Source: Giardia intestinalis (Eukaryota). Taken from it: 64,000 nucleotides of DNA. The stretch lies in the NCBI GenBank assembly GCA_000002435.2, contig CM018792.1; one strand, 5' to 3'. The notes under the pieces were generated by a model. That model searched no databases and was not told where the DNA came from. It saw nothing but the letters and a program-made list of their open reading frames with translations. Positions 32,701 to 41,775 of the stretch are shown here, piece after piece; positions within the stretch are counted from its first letter, which is position 1; every line of letters begins with the position of its first letter. A program made the translations under genes and the position numbers.

Positions 32701-35700
32701 GCTCTGTCGCGAATAGCTCATTACTAGAGCGACATAGCGAGCCGATGGAATCTAGAAACATCTCGCATTCATCACGGAGCTCTCTTAGCCAGAACCATCC
32801 TAGTGAGAGCTTCAATGCCCTGTCTGTTCACGGAGACAGTACCATGGCCAAGTCATCACTGGCTATAATTTTGCACAATGTCTACATACCCTTCAGCGGG
32901 CGACACGAGCATCGATTTGCCGCCGCTTGCAAGCTTGTCTGTGACAGCTCTTGCATCATCTCTCTGCTTACTCCGTATATTTTTGAGCGACAGGCATCCA
33001 TAAGCGCCACAGACATTAGAGTGGTCAGGCATGTCATCAATGAATCTATACTGAATTCAGATATCACAGCACCGATGATAGACCTCAACGGCGTAGACCC
33101 CAATAGCCTTATCCCCATTCGCTCTGTCCACTTCAATGAAGAGGACGTACACAACGGCGTTTTGGCAATCCTGAAACAATATAAAATGGAAATTGGAGCT
33201 ACCGATAAATATTCCAAAGAGAGTATTCAGGCTTTTTCCTCTGTGTCATTGCTCTACTCTGCCCTTGTTCTCTCCAACGATTTCGTCACAGAAGGATGGC
33301 GTCCTTTGGCGTCCACCGTTGCCACTGTCTGTAAGTGCATAGGGACTCTGTGCAAGTATATCAAAGACCTAAGGGATTTTAAGATCCTTGTGGGTCCCCT
33401 GCTTGTGAGGTTAACTATGCAGCCATCGTATCAAGAAAAGCTGGCCATCCAAAGAACGCTAGACGCTCTCTTTGAACGCCACCAAGCGATTGAGGAAGAG
33501 TATCTGAAGACGCCAGGCAAGCGCATTATTCGCCACTTTCTCCAAAATTACATGGAGGTATTCAATGATAACGGAGCAAACATTCACCTAAAGTATACCA
33601 CCCTGAAGGTTATTACCGAGTATCTTGAGATGATTGTCGAGGGAATAGATGATTTTCAGAAGGTCCAGCCGATTATAGAACCGTGGCTCCCCTCTGTCAC
33701 TGCCTTCTTCAAGCGTCTATGCATAGTAACGTTTAAGAAGTCCTGCAAGGTCTCGGACGAGTTGGCTGGGAAGGCGTTTATAGACTATGTCAAAACTGAA
33801 TTCAAGGACCCGGCAATTACAGTGGAATACATAAATAACATTCTTGGCACAAAGGAGAACTTTTTGTTGGCTCTTTATAACCTGTCCGGTACTAAGACTA
33901 TTAACTCGTTTAGGCATTTCTACCGAGCATTCATAGATAAGTTGAGCCCTGCAGATGCAGACCTCGTATCTACCTGGTTAGAGTCAGTCTTGAATGGGCA
34001 GACACTGCGGGTTGACATAAAGGAAGCGACAATGGTGGCAGATATGTTCAGCCCCGGAACCAATGAGTACGTTGAGTACGACATCGTCAGCATTAACGAA
34101 TCTATGGTAGATGATCTCCCCACCTCTCTTAACGATCCGCAGAATGCAACCTCGAAGCGTGCTGCCCAATCGCAGCTGACACCAACCCTTACCAATTCCA
34201 TAACCCATGCTAAGGAAGGCGTTCTTTCTAACGATCCCCTCATGGATATCTATAACACTAGTCCACACAAGGGCCAGCGCACTGACATGGATGCCCTTCT
34301 GCGAGATGCGGAACAGGTACTAGGGCAATCTTTGCGTCAGTCGCTCTCTGCTCGTGCAGTGGCTGAGAGCATGCGTTCACAGTCAAAGCAACATGATACT
34401 CTTGAAGGAGACAACGATATGGTAGAACTTTTTACACGTATGGGGACTTTGGTTACCGATGTGGACGTAGATTTGTTAGATGAGAAGGTTGCCGAGGAGC
34501 TCCGTTCTTCTAAACTATATAAGAATCGCAGCCAGCAGAAGGATGTGGGCAGGACACCAGGGACTGCTGCTTCAGTTGAGCGCGATCCCCACGAGTCTGT
34601 GGCGTCTGCAGTGCCGCCCCTGCCGGCTGCACTGTCGTCATATACTGTGCCTAGCCTAAGTTTGGATGAGGCAAGCTCGTTCAATGCAGACGCTGAGAAA
34701 GGCCTCTACCCTTCAAAGCTGCAAGATGGTCGGGTAGTCAACCATCTAGCGGATGCTATAGCGGATCGAGCTGCCGAGAAGAGCTCTGCCAACCCATCCC
34801 CGTCTAAGGAAATATCTGTCGTCAAGCTTCGGGACTTCCCCTCAACTGATAGGTTTGTCAGTCTAGCCAAAAGTACCGAAGGACTACCTCTAGCGGTCGC
34901 TGGAGTAGTAGATCAAATAGACTACAAATTCAAGACTTTGGACACTATTGAGCGGCTGCAAAGTGCAGCGCGTCTATCTGACTCTACCCTGACGGAAGCC
35001 ATGTCTTTTACCCTTAAGAGCCTTACCGATAGCATGACAGGCACCATAATCAAGACCTTCAACAGTGAAAATATGCGGAAGCTTGTCGATACCATGCTCT
35101 ACATTAAACGACAGCTCACTGTTTCGCTGCAGGATGACACAACCATGATGCTCTTTATCACAAGGATAGTATCCTTCTTACAAAATTACCTATCAAACCC
35201 TTCCTTCCGTGGGTTAGTGCAAGCCAAAGAGTTTCACGACTTGCAGGATATACCAGCAGACCTAGGAAAAAACAAGCCATCGTTTTATGGCGAGGACATA
35301 GCTTTTGAGGCGATAAAGCAGGTCCAGCGCAGTATCTCGAGCCTCTCAGGGACAGGGCTTGATCCCGTGCGGATATCCATGCTTACTCTCTTGATCGAGG
35401 ACTGTCTGACACTGCTAACGCTCATAATAGACGGGTCATCAGCGACACACTTGATTAAGGCATTGATTCAGATGTTTACTGTGATCTACGAAGAGGGCCT
35501 GCTGGTCTACAGGGCATCCGAGTTCCCTCTCTTGAGACCCTACTATACTACGAGCCATAGTATAGTCCAGAATATCCTGAACAGTCTTTTGGACAAGCTG
35601 ACCCAGATCGTGGCCCATGCACCACAGGATTTCAGTCAGGACATCATTCGTTTTCACGCAGAGTTCTTAGCCAAGAAGGAAGTTCCTCAAGCCGCCAGTG

Positions 35701-35963
35701 CCTTTTCCGGAACACTCTTCTCAATATTCTTGATTCTGTCTGGAAGTCTTTCCATGTATCCCAACATTAATAATAAGCAACACTCCAGTTATAATCTCAC
35801 GTCTGGCCACAGCTCTTGTCCGTCGGAGCTAACTTTCCTTTACCCTCGACCGTGCATCATCACCTGTATCAAGCGGCTGACAGATGATTTGGACACTGCT
35901 GCAAGAGACACGCTTTCTACTGTTTGTGGTCTAGAGATCGTTAGCCAGCTTGGCAGCCTTTGA
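26721..35963 (+). CDS. Giant hypothetical protein, 3080 aa
   Basis: One uninterrupted ORF with an ATG at 26721, preceded by AT-rich tttaaataaaaacat. N-terminal micro-repeat ETIYETIYESIYETY. Long low-complexity S/P/T stretches alternate with probable helical-repeat regions. AGTAAAC lies 21 nt after the stop. Confidence 0.7.
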   Translation: MSHKVPDVREQAGAEEYDETIYETIYESIYETYLEDDLPPATEPALEAQRSPYTDMGKPLGSRSDRSLVSLEAMITNSDPTTKAMGLDALRDSNDHDTRTKLAYAFQCLDDTNMIITDAAIQLLRVTVEDDPLPLLQDAYETTTKEFHDAVAHITSDIIFRSQKMTDASISILSMLTQVHLDLALFILTQMMNGFRQKNIKNVEITSTALRKLELYIDRAIDSSALVEFPGTLIKSIADSLTVALKTKGLGIKEVAEDYILSLTHIIPSDLLLTEFTKNKLTSVKGLTSTGNTPGPISRPITRPPPRAQSQPKNAYQSSSHRGSLSTHEPDNLSSRTTGSVSGSGVVGQEHAVEGLVASQQSFEEQVAGGSRQSFTDRDDSLTQPSDSFSKTDELKYVYTPPNFDPDAEDWISMMYIPRSILPGITDSSWQIRKEALETTELLFNPFIPHPQPSLTLAQCENRKNNKTVAEEILMRINEVVIGDQNIAVVIAALGALRIMLMYLPSSYYSSHSKREITESILQKLKSRKPSLLSPCYNTVDVILGRFLTLEEFIELPILQNALPEVPRDVIDKIPANCSFKAFIDQVDEYIKKDKRPIPPSKSALNTYLYIEFCRLLQRQMTFLLFLLLGGIYKKAVLQSVIPSSVMELLCAYAASPNVVIKLDLSESFQAMLAGMGTPTPLKTKELSGPSFTLPLRMESIAGLSSLRYYPLSFVAHLCRGFFCEKSLYTLSFIKICTGTLMRDMSSEVRSVSKEFDGILNTFMSLHRSALKQKLGGASRGSSPTKKTGPHASNAAKGQNSGHTQVKPAQIAVHPTDSDLLDFDPKKPSTQASLNDSDPTLGKTPVNTSNASNASQKSDPLSSPEKPKTPQHASGKAGARSGTPAKMKTPVRSVQSQPPQIIGTAGKTKFIYYHAYDFPAEIFRTCSFDSGTNFKRVKIMLRPPSFLLYKIGPVCTSDDLTFVETLNTPKYDFSLIFQPAHPQESREGTFYVLRDEEKACSCVEPLVDQFSLIITKTFMASSQKKPTDKGQNLASTVVSIFRIIGMLIMTCNNESTLIKILPAAGIILNTIYSKDLGLYNTIISAYIYHILTFIPYRFTSNPAKVITAWKKLLTVSFDIHGLVPVYYTLFAIMAAICKELENEDGELNIRNGQHVLTLGEYLHEVVKFLHDKFDPVHSAAGFSLRVTSELLIHILELGAYLYGGCPALTGPSGLLVRVSSKLLAMLVYFLRNVNGLEQMDPVFLSKVLDCEVIPTLKGLYSSGAFEAACMYSALNCLRTIRDADSELAKYIQAVLTCCNKTDFPRLTLSTRAPKTCMQLDVEADRGKIHNCDFRKPTNLYTVIRDLSVKNPGIYDALAIQGLVSIQKYAVASDKSLQQPAKPVNEQRDSREQRVLAGGETLHNVSSGLVDGSLQDGRKQRYSVDECMTAERTSLDGDRSIRERPPSSRPSSARSRRSISHRDSSSMYDDEQDTSQAFKHEKDRIGKNDAHIRQRAVLHHTIDSAMKAHQSVESPDNSLQQEDTSSVLASAERTSVTDGDRERSTLKKATSTPLRKIASSMRNKSSTILQMKLSNIPEFLQPYYKAPGFELPLSKVLGVLSEYESALSAEKDSMMRSDLTIAMIQALSLYEDHSIDSTKISRKLLQSIDEKVHTESNANAGDYYLLLMTELARTGTVLSVFEQAWSIGLINMLGMTRRPITRSYAIQALNMCMNSHVILTATSVTKSYMGGSILKALNGTSASYSITSPTAGIIATIKQETLNWILSDMLPSIISFVSESEVFYTFESSAVLHQIWIQCEDLAANSKSTAMRGTANEILHMLQQVQAACKEQEPKKPVRPSKLNREEILGKELAQTINELEKTTRYNSKNTDDVIKQALSAERNRLAQPPRGSNDANTSSICSEDGFSTTAIYLGGLSTVHASVPDDHQGAPQHSTSARSTMSKPAIPRHGNSARQSLDVNEGFESVQNPAEAGPVRKESTDSYMVDDLNEPSFRSVANSSLLERHSEPMESRNISHSSRSSLSQNHPSESFNALSVHGDSTMAKSSLAIILHNVYIPFSGRHEHRFAAACKLVCDSSCIISLLTPYIFERQASISATDIRVVRHVINESILNSDITAPMIDLNGVDPNSLIPIRSVHFNEEDVHNGVLAILKQYKMEIGATDKYSKESIQAFSSVSLLYSALVLSNDFVTEGWRPLASTVATVCKCIGTLCKYIKDLRDFKILVGPLLVRLTMQPSYQEKLAIQRTLDALFERHQAIEEEYLKTPGKRIIRHFLQNYMEVFNDNGANIHLKYTTLKVITEYLEMIVEGIDDFQKVQPIIEPWLPSVTAFFKRLCIVTFKKSCKVSDELAGKAFIDYVKTEFKDPAITVEYINNILGTKENFLLALYNLSGTKTINSFRHFYRAFIDKLSPADADLVSTWLESVLNGQTLRVDIKEATMVADMFSPGTNEYVEYDIVSINESMVDDLPTSLNDPQNATSKRAAQSQLTPTLTNSITHAKEGVLSNDPLMDIYNTSPHKGQRTDMDALLRDAEQVLGQSLRQSLSARAVAESMRSQSKQHDTLEGDNDMVELFTRMGTLVTDVDVDLLDEKVAEELRSSKLYKNRSQQKDVGRTPGTAASVERDPHESVASAVPPLPAALSSYTVPSLSLDEASSFNADAEKGLYPSKLQDGRVVNHLADAIADRAAEKSSANPSPSKEISVVKLRDFPSTDRFVSLAKSTEGLPLAVAGVVDQIDYKFKTLDTIERLQSAARLSDSTLTEAMSFTLKSLTDSMTGTIIKTFNSENMRKLVDTMLYIKRQLTVSLQDDTTMMLFITRIVSFLQNYLSNPSFRGLVQAKEFHDLQDIPADLGKNKPSFYGEDIAFEAIKQVQRSISSLSGTGLDPVRISMLTLLIEDCLTLLTLIIDGSSATHLIKALIQMFTVIYEEGLLVYRASEFPLLRPYYTTSHSIVQNILNSLLDKLTQIVAHAPQDFSQDIIRFHAEFLAKKEVPQAASAFSGTLFSIFLILSGSLSMYPNINNKQHSSYNLTSGHSSCPSELTFLYPRPCIITCIKRLTDDLDTAARDTLSTVCGLEIVSQLGSL

Positions 35964-35983
35964 TTAGCTAAATTTGTAATATT

Positions 35984-35990
35984 AGTAAAC
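35984..35990 (+). terminator. AGTAAAC poly(A) signal of the giant 3080-aa gene
   Basis: AGTRAAY, 21 nt after the stop. Confidence 0.55.
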
Positions 35991-36000
35991 AGTTGACTTG

Positions 36001-39000
36001 ATGGATTTGGACCAGCTCATCAGTCTGACTGTTGCAGAGCCTCTCACAGCCAATCAGCGCGCCCCCGATGCTGATATTGGTATGTTGGTGAGCCAGCTTG
36101 TGTCTCGATTAGAGTCGTCACCTGCCTTGGAGACGCAACTTCACAGTTTAAACGAGCTATCGTTGCTCGCTACAACCAACCCAGGGCCTCTTCTAGTCTG
36201 CTTGCCTTCAGTATGCAGACTATTATCGTCTCCCGCTGTGTCTCCTACTATCCTGTCGGCTTTGTTTTCGTTTTTGTGTGCGCTCTTCGCATCCAGCGCT
36301 AGAGATCAAGCAGAGGACACACAGCATCGTACAACTGCCAAGGTTAGCTTTCTAAAAGAGTCTACGAATGGGCTATCCCTTGCATTCGCATATAGTACGC
36401 AAACCCAAAACGCTGCTACGTCCCCAGCGCTGTCAGTCTTGGTATGGTTACTAACCGACACTGACTCCATGGATCTTGTCGCGAAGATCCTACAGCATAA
36501 GATACAGACACCCAGCTTCTCCACAGAAACGTGTCTGGCCGAACGCTTTGTGCAGCTTTTGCGGATTGCGAACCCTGATGCATTTACAGTTGTCGATCTA
36601 ATCTTGTCCATACCAGGGGCCATGGACGGTCAATCTACCCTCGTAGCATCATGTATTAAAGCAGGTATATTGGAACAAGCACTTAAGAATATAGAAGCAG
36701 ACAAGGTCACAACCCCTAGGGCGATATCTTCAATGCATATATTAACTAAAAGTGTAAGTCTGGCAGCCAATCTTTCATCGTCGGATGCTACATTTTCCCT
36801 ATCTCAGGAGGTGATCCAAAGAAACATCATCGGAAGTCTCGGAGACCTTGTCCACGCTTGTACATATTCGCTGATCAATGATCTAGCTAATAAAAAGCCA
36901 TTTGGAGATGCAGTTGCTACGGTACTGTCAAGGTCCCTTAGTCTGGTCAAGACACTTATTTCATCGGAGACTAAACAAGCCATTCTCGACTCTAAGATTT
37001 TCTCATATTCGCTGATGCTTGTGTGCAGCCCGGCAGATGCCGATTTTATTCATAAGGACATACGCTTAGTGTCACTCGACGCAGCAAGTCTTATTATGCA
37101 GCTAGTCGGGACTGACCAAGCTTCACATCAAAAGATGGCGAATACGGTTCTTCTGTCTCTCCAACCAGGCGTGCCAATGCGGTCTATCGATGTGCTTACA
37201 CGTCTGTCCCACATCTTGACCGCTTTAGGAGATAGGGTTGACCCAGAGTTCTATGATGCAGTTCTGCACCTGCTTTTGGGGACATATCAACACAAAGACC
37301 TGGTGTCTGGGTGCCTCAATGCAGTGACTAATCCGCTCTTCTCACTCTATAAAACATCGTGGACTGATGGCTTTAAGCTTCTTGCACGTACCTTAGGAAT
37401 GAAGGCTCCCGAGGATGTGTTAAGAAAGTCTAGCAACGAGCAATTGTATGCACGCTTTTTTGCATATGTACAAGAAGCCCAGAAAAGCTACCGAGCAGTG
37501 ATCGTTCAGGTGCTTGGGAAAGGTGACCCCGGACCGAAGTGTTCCGTATCAAAGCAGTCGTGTCTCAACTTGATGCAGTGCATGGAAAACAGTGAGTCGT
37601 CCCCAACTGTGCTTGCGGCCTCGGCGGCCTGTCTTCTTAGCATAATCACGAATGACAATAGAAATGGCCAATGTCTTGCTCTCAGTGCACTGTCTTGTCC
37701 AAAGACTATATATGATATCATACCAACTTTCCTGGGAGCACTTTTTGGGTCGACCGCCCGCGTTCTACTGAATCAGCAACCGGCGGTTAACCTTCTCACT
37801 CTTCTCATAGCTTTATTAGACATTCTTAAAAACGAGCACTTCTTCGTAGTCATTTCTTTGTTTTACATTGGTAGCCCAGCAGAGTTGGTGAAGCACCTCA
37901 GCACCTTTATAGCTGTATCATTAAAACCCGACACCTCTATACTTGTAAGAGCCATGACTGCATCCATTGTAGCATCTATGCCAGCGTCCTTCTATGCAGC
38001 AGTTTCTCCTATGCTTTCGGAGACTTTTACTAACGGTGACTCTCTGAAAACTGCGCTGGAAACTGTACTTGTTCAAGGAAAAGCAGCGCAGCTGCCTGAG
38101 TCTCCTATCCTACTTCCGCACTTAGCACGCCTCAAGACCAACATCGATACTATGATAGATACATTAAGGGCACTCCCTCTTGTTCAGAAAGCCCCAACAA
38201 CAACCCCGGCACTGCCGGTGGTCCACTCTCTGGAGGAGCCAGACCAAACGGTCCTGCCACAACCATCCACATCGCTACCACACCCGTCAGTTGTATCTGT
38301 AACTACTTTCACTCAGACAGACTTAGATGTAGACGCCCTTATGGCAGAGCAAGCGTTACTGCGACAGGAGCTTGCCCGGCTCCAAGAAGAGAATGCAAGG
38401 CTTACTCAGGAGTTATCTAGACAGATGCAGGCACCTACCTTCGGGGATCAACATACTCACGCTTCTACCAATCCAACCTTAATATTTGAGTCTCAAGCTT
38501 TTGAATCTCCTCCCATCGATATTGTAGAGAATAACACAGGTGAGATAAATATACCAGCTATAGCTAAACCCGAGCACTTGACATCAGGAACCGAGGAAAG
38601 TGACCATGCAGAAGAGAAGCTGGACAGCGAAATCCCTAATGTAGGCATATCTGACTACTTGCAGCCATTGACAGATGCCACGGCCACAAGTAATCCGGAA
38701 AACTTTTTTGATCAGATAGAGTCGCAAGCCTCTTTGACAATCAGCGCTCCGTTCGACCAAAACCCAGAGTTGCTTACCAGTAACATTTCCTTAGCAAACG
38801 CAGACCTTGGGCTATCCACACAGCTCTGCCCTGACTTGCATGTCAATCCGAGCCAAGACTTGTCGGATCCTGTCTCGTTACCACTGCCAGATGATTCGCC
38901 GACAGTACAGGAGGCTCCGCCTGTCAACGAACAACCGCCTATTCCCATGGTTCCAATGAACATACCCGTTCCAACCAGTAATACAGTGAGCAGTAGAAGG

Positions 39001-39090
39001 CCAGGTCGAGGGGGGATCAGAGCACGATATGCAACAGGCCTAAGCGAGGACGCACGCAAAAACATTGCTACGGCGGAGCAAACCAGTTAA
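36001..39090 (+). CDS. Hypothetical protein of 1029 aa with a coiled-coil segment. The track start at 35998 is TTG; the ATG is at 36001.
   Basis: Long ORF with a heptad-like stretch LMAEQALLRQELARLQEENARLTQELSRQMQ. The C-terminus is P/S-rich. Confidence 0.6.
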   Translation: MDLDQLISLTVAEPLTANQRAPDADIGMLVSQLVSRLESSPALETQLHSLNELSLLATTNPGPLLVCLPSVCRLLSSPAVSPTILSALFSFLCALFASSARDQAEDTQHRTTAKVSFLKESTNGLSLAFAYSTQTQNAATSPALSVLVWLLTDTDSMDLVAKILQHKIQTPSFSTETCLAERFVQLLRIANPDAFTVVDLILSIPGAMDGQSTLVASCIKAGILEQALKNIEADKVTTPRAISSMHILTKSVSLAANLSSSDATFSLSQEVIQRNIIGSLGDLVHACTYSLINDLANKKPFGDAVATVLSRSLSLVKTLISSETKQAILDSKIFSYSLMLVCSPADADFIHKDIRLVSLDAASLIMQLVGTDQASHQKMANTVLLSLQPGVPMRSIDVLTRLSHILTALGDRVDPEFYDAVLHLLLGTYQHKDLVSGCLNAVTNPLFSLYKTSWTDGFKLLARTLGMKAPEDVLRKSSNEQLYARFFAYVQEAQKSYRAVIVQVLGKGDPGPKCSVSKQSCLNLMQCMENSESSPTVLAASAACLLSIITNDNRNGQCLALSALSCPKTIYDIIPTFLGALFGSTARVLLNQQPAVNLLTLLIALLDILKNEHFFVVISLFYIGSPAELVKHLSTFIAVSLKPDTSILVRAMTASIVASMPASFYAAVSPMLSETFTNGDSLKTALETVLVQGKAAQLPESPILLPHLARLKTNIDTMIDTLRALPLVQKAPTTTPALPVVHSLEEPDQTVLPQPSTSLPHPSVVSVTTFTQTDLDVDALMAEQALLRQELARLQEENARLTQELSRQMQAPTFGDQHTHASTNPTLIFESQAFESPPIDIVENNTGEINIPAIAKPEHLTSGTEESDHAEEKLDSEIPNVGISDYLQPLTDATATSNPENFFDQIESQASLTISAPFDQNPELLTSNISLANADLGLSTQLCPDLHVNPSQDLSDPVSLPLPDDSPTVQEAPPVNEQPPIPMVPMNIPVPTSNTVSSRRPGRGGIRARYATGLSEDARKNIATAEQTS

Positions 39091-39423
39091 TTGTTGTAGT
39101 AGTTCGTTTCCAATATGCCAGCTTTAATAGGCTTTGGCCTTATGGACTTTGTTGAAAGATCACGCACGACCTTGGCTTCCATCCCTAGTCTATCCTTTGA
39201 AGCCTTTTAAAGTACTGCAAAATAAAGGCTCCTAAGTTAGGGGAGCATGTATAACTGGGATTTTCAGGTAGCACAAATTGCGAAGCTCAGTGACAACTGC
39301 GTAAATCTAAAATGCCTTACTTTTCTTCTGGGATTTGAGAAGGCTATGAAGGCGGAGTTGTTATGAACTCTACACTAACAATACTACAAAAACACGTATT
39401 TGTAGCATTTCTAGTTCGTATCA

Positions 39424-39443
39424 CCTAAAAATAAAAGCCAGCG
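39424..39443 (+). promoter_or_regulatory. AT-rich initiator upstream of G6PD-6PGL
   Basis: cctaaaaataaaagccagcg immediately 5' of the ATG. Confidence 0.45.
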
Positions 39444-41672
39444 ATGTTCAAGCCTTCCTGCGTCTTCGTCATCATGGGGGCATCAGGGGATCTTACTTAT
39501 AAGAAGCTTATCCCTGCCATCTACAGCCTTGCCTCGGACGGCTACCTTCACAAGGACACTTGCATCCTTGGCGTTGCACGCTCAGACATTAAGCTGGACG
39601 CCTTTCATAGTCGTATTAAGGACGGTATAGATAAGTATTCACGCCATGGGACAGGCCCTGGGTCTGCTACAAATCGAGAACCCTGGAGCACCTTTGTGAA
39701 GAGACTCAACTACCATCGCATAAACAACATGGAGGCACTGAGTGACTATAAGGCGCTAGCGGAGATTGTACTCTGTAAGGAGCCGTATAAGGACCTTGAG
39801 CGCGTTGTCATTTATCTTGCCCTCCCGCCTGGCGCTTTCTATGCCGCAGTCACCAACTTGGGGGAGTCGGGTCTCAATAACAGGAAGTGTACAATAGTAG
39901 TGGAGAAGCCCCTCGGGTCAGATCTCCACACAGCCATGGAACTCGAAAAGTTGCTCCACAGCCAGTTCAAAGAAGACCAGATAGCCCGCATTGACCATTA
40001 TCTGGGGAAGATGCAAGCACTCAATATGATGGGCTTCCGATTCTCCAACGCGTTTGTTGAGCCAATCTGGAATGACAAGTACATAGATCGCATCATCATC
40101 ACTGCCTCTGAGGAGATAGATGTTAATGGGCGGATCAGCTACTACGACGCCAACGGCATCATTATTGATATGGTTCAATCCCACCTTCTTCAGCTTCTTG
40201 CCCTTACGACCATGGAAGCCCCCATAGACATGACCGCAGATGGCATACGCAACGAAAAGGTGAAGCTTCTGAAGTCCGTTGACCCCATTCGTGTCGAGAA
40301 TGTCCTGACAGCCCAGTACGACGGGTACCTCAAACACGAGGGCGTTCCGGAGGGCTCTCTTGCTCCAACAGCTGTCTGTCTTAGGGTGTCCATCAACAAT
40401 GCACGCTGGAAAAGGACGCAGTTCATCATCCAGACATGCAAGTGTGGGGCTACGCGCGAGACCCGAATTGATGCTGTCATGCGTCCTTCGGGGTCGCGCA
40501 TTCTCAATACTGTTAGCATGGTTCCGGATCCTAACATTTTCTCGTTCCTCGTGCACCCCACCGAAGGGATTCAGATCAGTTTCGAAACCATGGTGCCATC
40601 AATATCTTCTTCCACTCTTGCGTGCGACAACAGTGGATGCATCGAACGGGAGCCGGGTCCGTTTTTGACCAAGCCCGTGACGCTGGACTTTGACTACCAG
40701 AAGTCGCATATCATCACCCAATCAGCATATGAGCGTCTGCTACAAGAGGCGGTTGCAGGGGATCTATCCAACTTTACACGTACTGATGAGGTAGTTGCCC
40801 AGTGGAAGATCGTAGCAAACATATTGGATAACAGCAGGAACAAGCCCATCATATACGCTAAGGGCCTTCGTCTTCTTCATCCCATCTGCCTCGACACTTG
40901 GAACTACGGAAAGGAGTACATACGTCGCTTAGCATACGGCCATTGCAGGTTGCGTGTTGCTTGGGAAATCACTGCCACGGCAATACTCGCGTGCGAGACC
41001 GTCAGTAATAAGGTCATTCACTCCGTCGCACTGTGGGCTGAGACCCACACGCTGAATAATAGCTTTGACATAATTCTCGCCGGTGGCACCACCCCCAAGC
41101 ATTGCTATGAACACATGAGCCGCCATCTGATCAAGCACTTACCACTGGAGGTGCGGAAGCGCATATTCATCTGGCTTTCAGATGAGCGTGAGGATACGTG
41201 TGCCAGGAACAACGGGAAAATGATCAAGGAGTGCTTTAAGGACAGCGGAGTTGTTATCAATGAAATCTATGATGGAAGCAAGAGCTTTGAGACCAGCATC
41301 CGAGAGTACTCAAAGAAACTCGAAGGAGTAGAGGTCTTTAGGGCAGCAATTCTGGGGATAGGCACAGATGGCCACATATGCTCACTCTTCCCAGGTTGTC
41401 TTCCCACTCTCACCAGCAGAGAAGATCAGTGCATCATGGTTGAAGTCCCTCAGCTGGGAGAGCGGCGAGCAACCATCACTCCTCTGGTCATACAAAGAAT
41501 TGCAGACGTTATCATCCTTGCCACTGGAGAAGATAAGACCACAGCATTGACTCGACTTGCCTACGCGCCTTTCCAGCCGGCCTTCATTCCTGCACAGTTG
41601 GCCACTGCACAGTCTAGCACAACTGTGGTCTGTGATCACACCGCGCGTTCATCTAGGCCAGTGTTCAATTAA
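39444..41672 (+). CDS. G6PD-6PGL: Bifunctional glucose-6-phosphate dehydrogenase :: 6-phosphogluconolactonase fusion, with G6PD N-terminal
   Basis: G6PD part: GASGDLTYKKLIPAIYSL (NADP site), RIDHYLGK (active-site motif) and EKPLGSD. 6PGL part: ILAGGTTPK, WLSDERED and LGIGTDGHICSLFPG. AT-rich initiator upstream. AGTAAAT lies 12 nt after the stop. Confidence 0.92.
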   Translation: MFKPSCVFVIMGASGDLTYKKLIPAIYSLASDGYLHKDTCILGVARSDIKLDAFHSRIKDGIDKYSRHGTGPGSATNREPWSTFVKRLNYHRINNMEALSDYKALAEIVLCKEPYKDLERVVIYLALPPGAFYAAVTNLGESGLNNRKCTIVVEKPLGSDLHTAMELEKLLHSQFKEDQIARIDHYLGKMQALNMMGFRFSNAFVEPIWNDKYIDRIIITASEEIDVNGRISYYDANGIIIDMVQSHLLQLLALTTMEAPIDMTADGIRNEKVKLLKSVDPIRVENVLTAQYDGYLKHEGVPEGSLAPTAVCLRVSINNARWKRTQFIIQTCKCGATRETRIDAVMRPSGSRILNTVSMVPDPNIFSFLVHPTEGIQISFETMVPSISSSTLACDNSGCIEREPGPFLTKPVTLDFDYQKSHIITQSAYERLLQEAVAGDLSNFTRTDEVVAQWKIVANILDNSRNKPIIYAKGLRLLHPICLDTWNYGKEYIRRLAYGHCRLRVAWEITATAILACETVSNKVIHSVALWAETHTLNNSFDIILAGGTTPKHCYEHMSRHLIKHLPLEVRKRIFIWLSDEREDTCARNNGKMIKECFKDSGVVINEIYDGSKSFETSIREYSKKLEGVEVFRAAILGIGTDGHICSLFPGCLPTLTSREDQCIMVEVPQLGERRATITPLVIQRIADVIILATGEDKTTALTRLAYAPFQPAFIPAQLATAQSSTTVVCDHTARSSRPVFN

Positions 41673-41683
41673 TGGCTCCACGC

Positions 41684-41690
41684 AGTAAAT
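41684..41690 (+). terminator. AGTAAAT poly(A) signal of G6PD-6PGL
   Basis: AGTRAAY, 12 nt after the TAA. Confidence 0.6.
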
Positions 41691-41775
41691 TGTGATAACA
41701 GACTTTTTTTATTGTCACCAGAAGTTGGTCTACAGGGGTTTGCGGCCCTGTAGTGTGAAAAATAAAACAGGAGCC

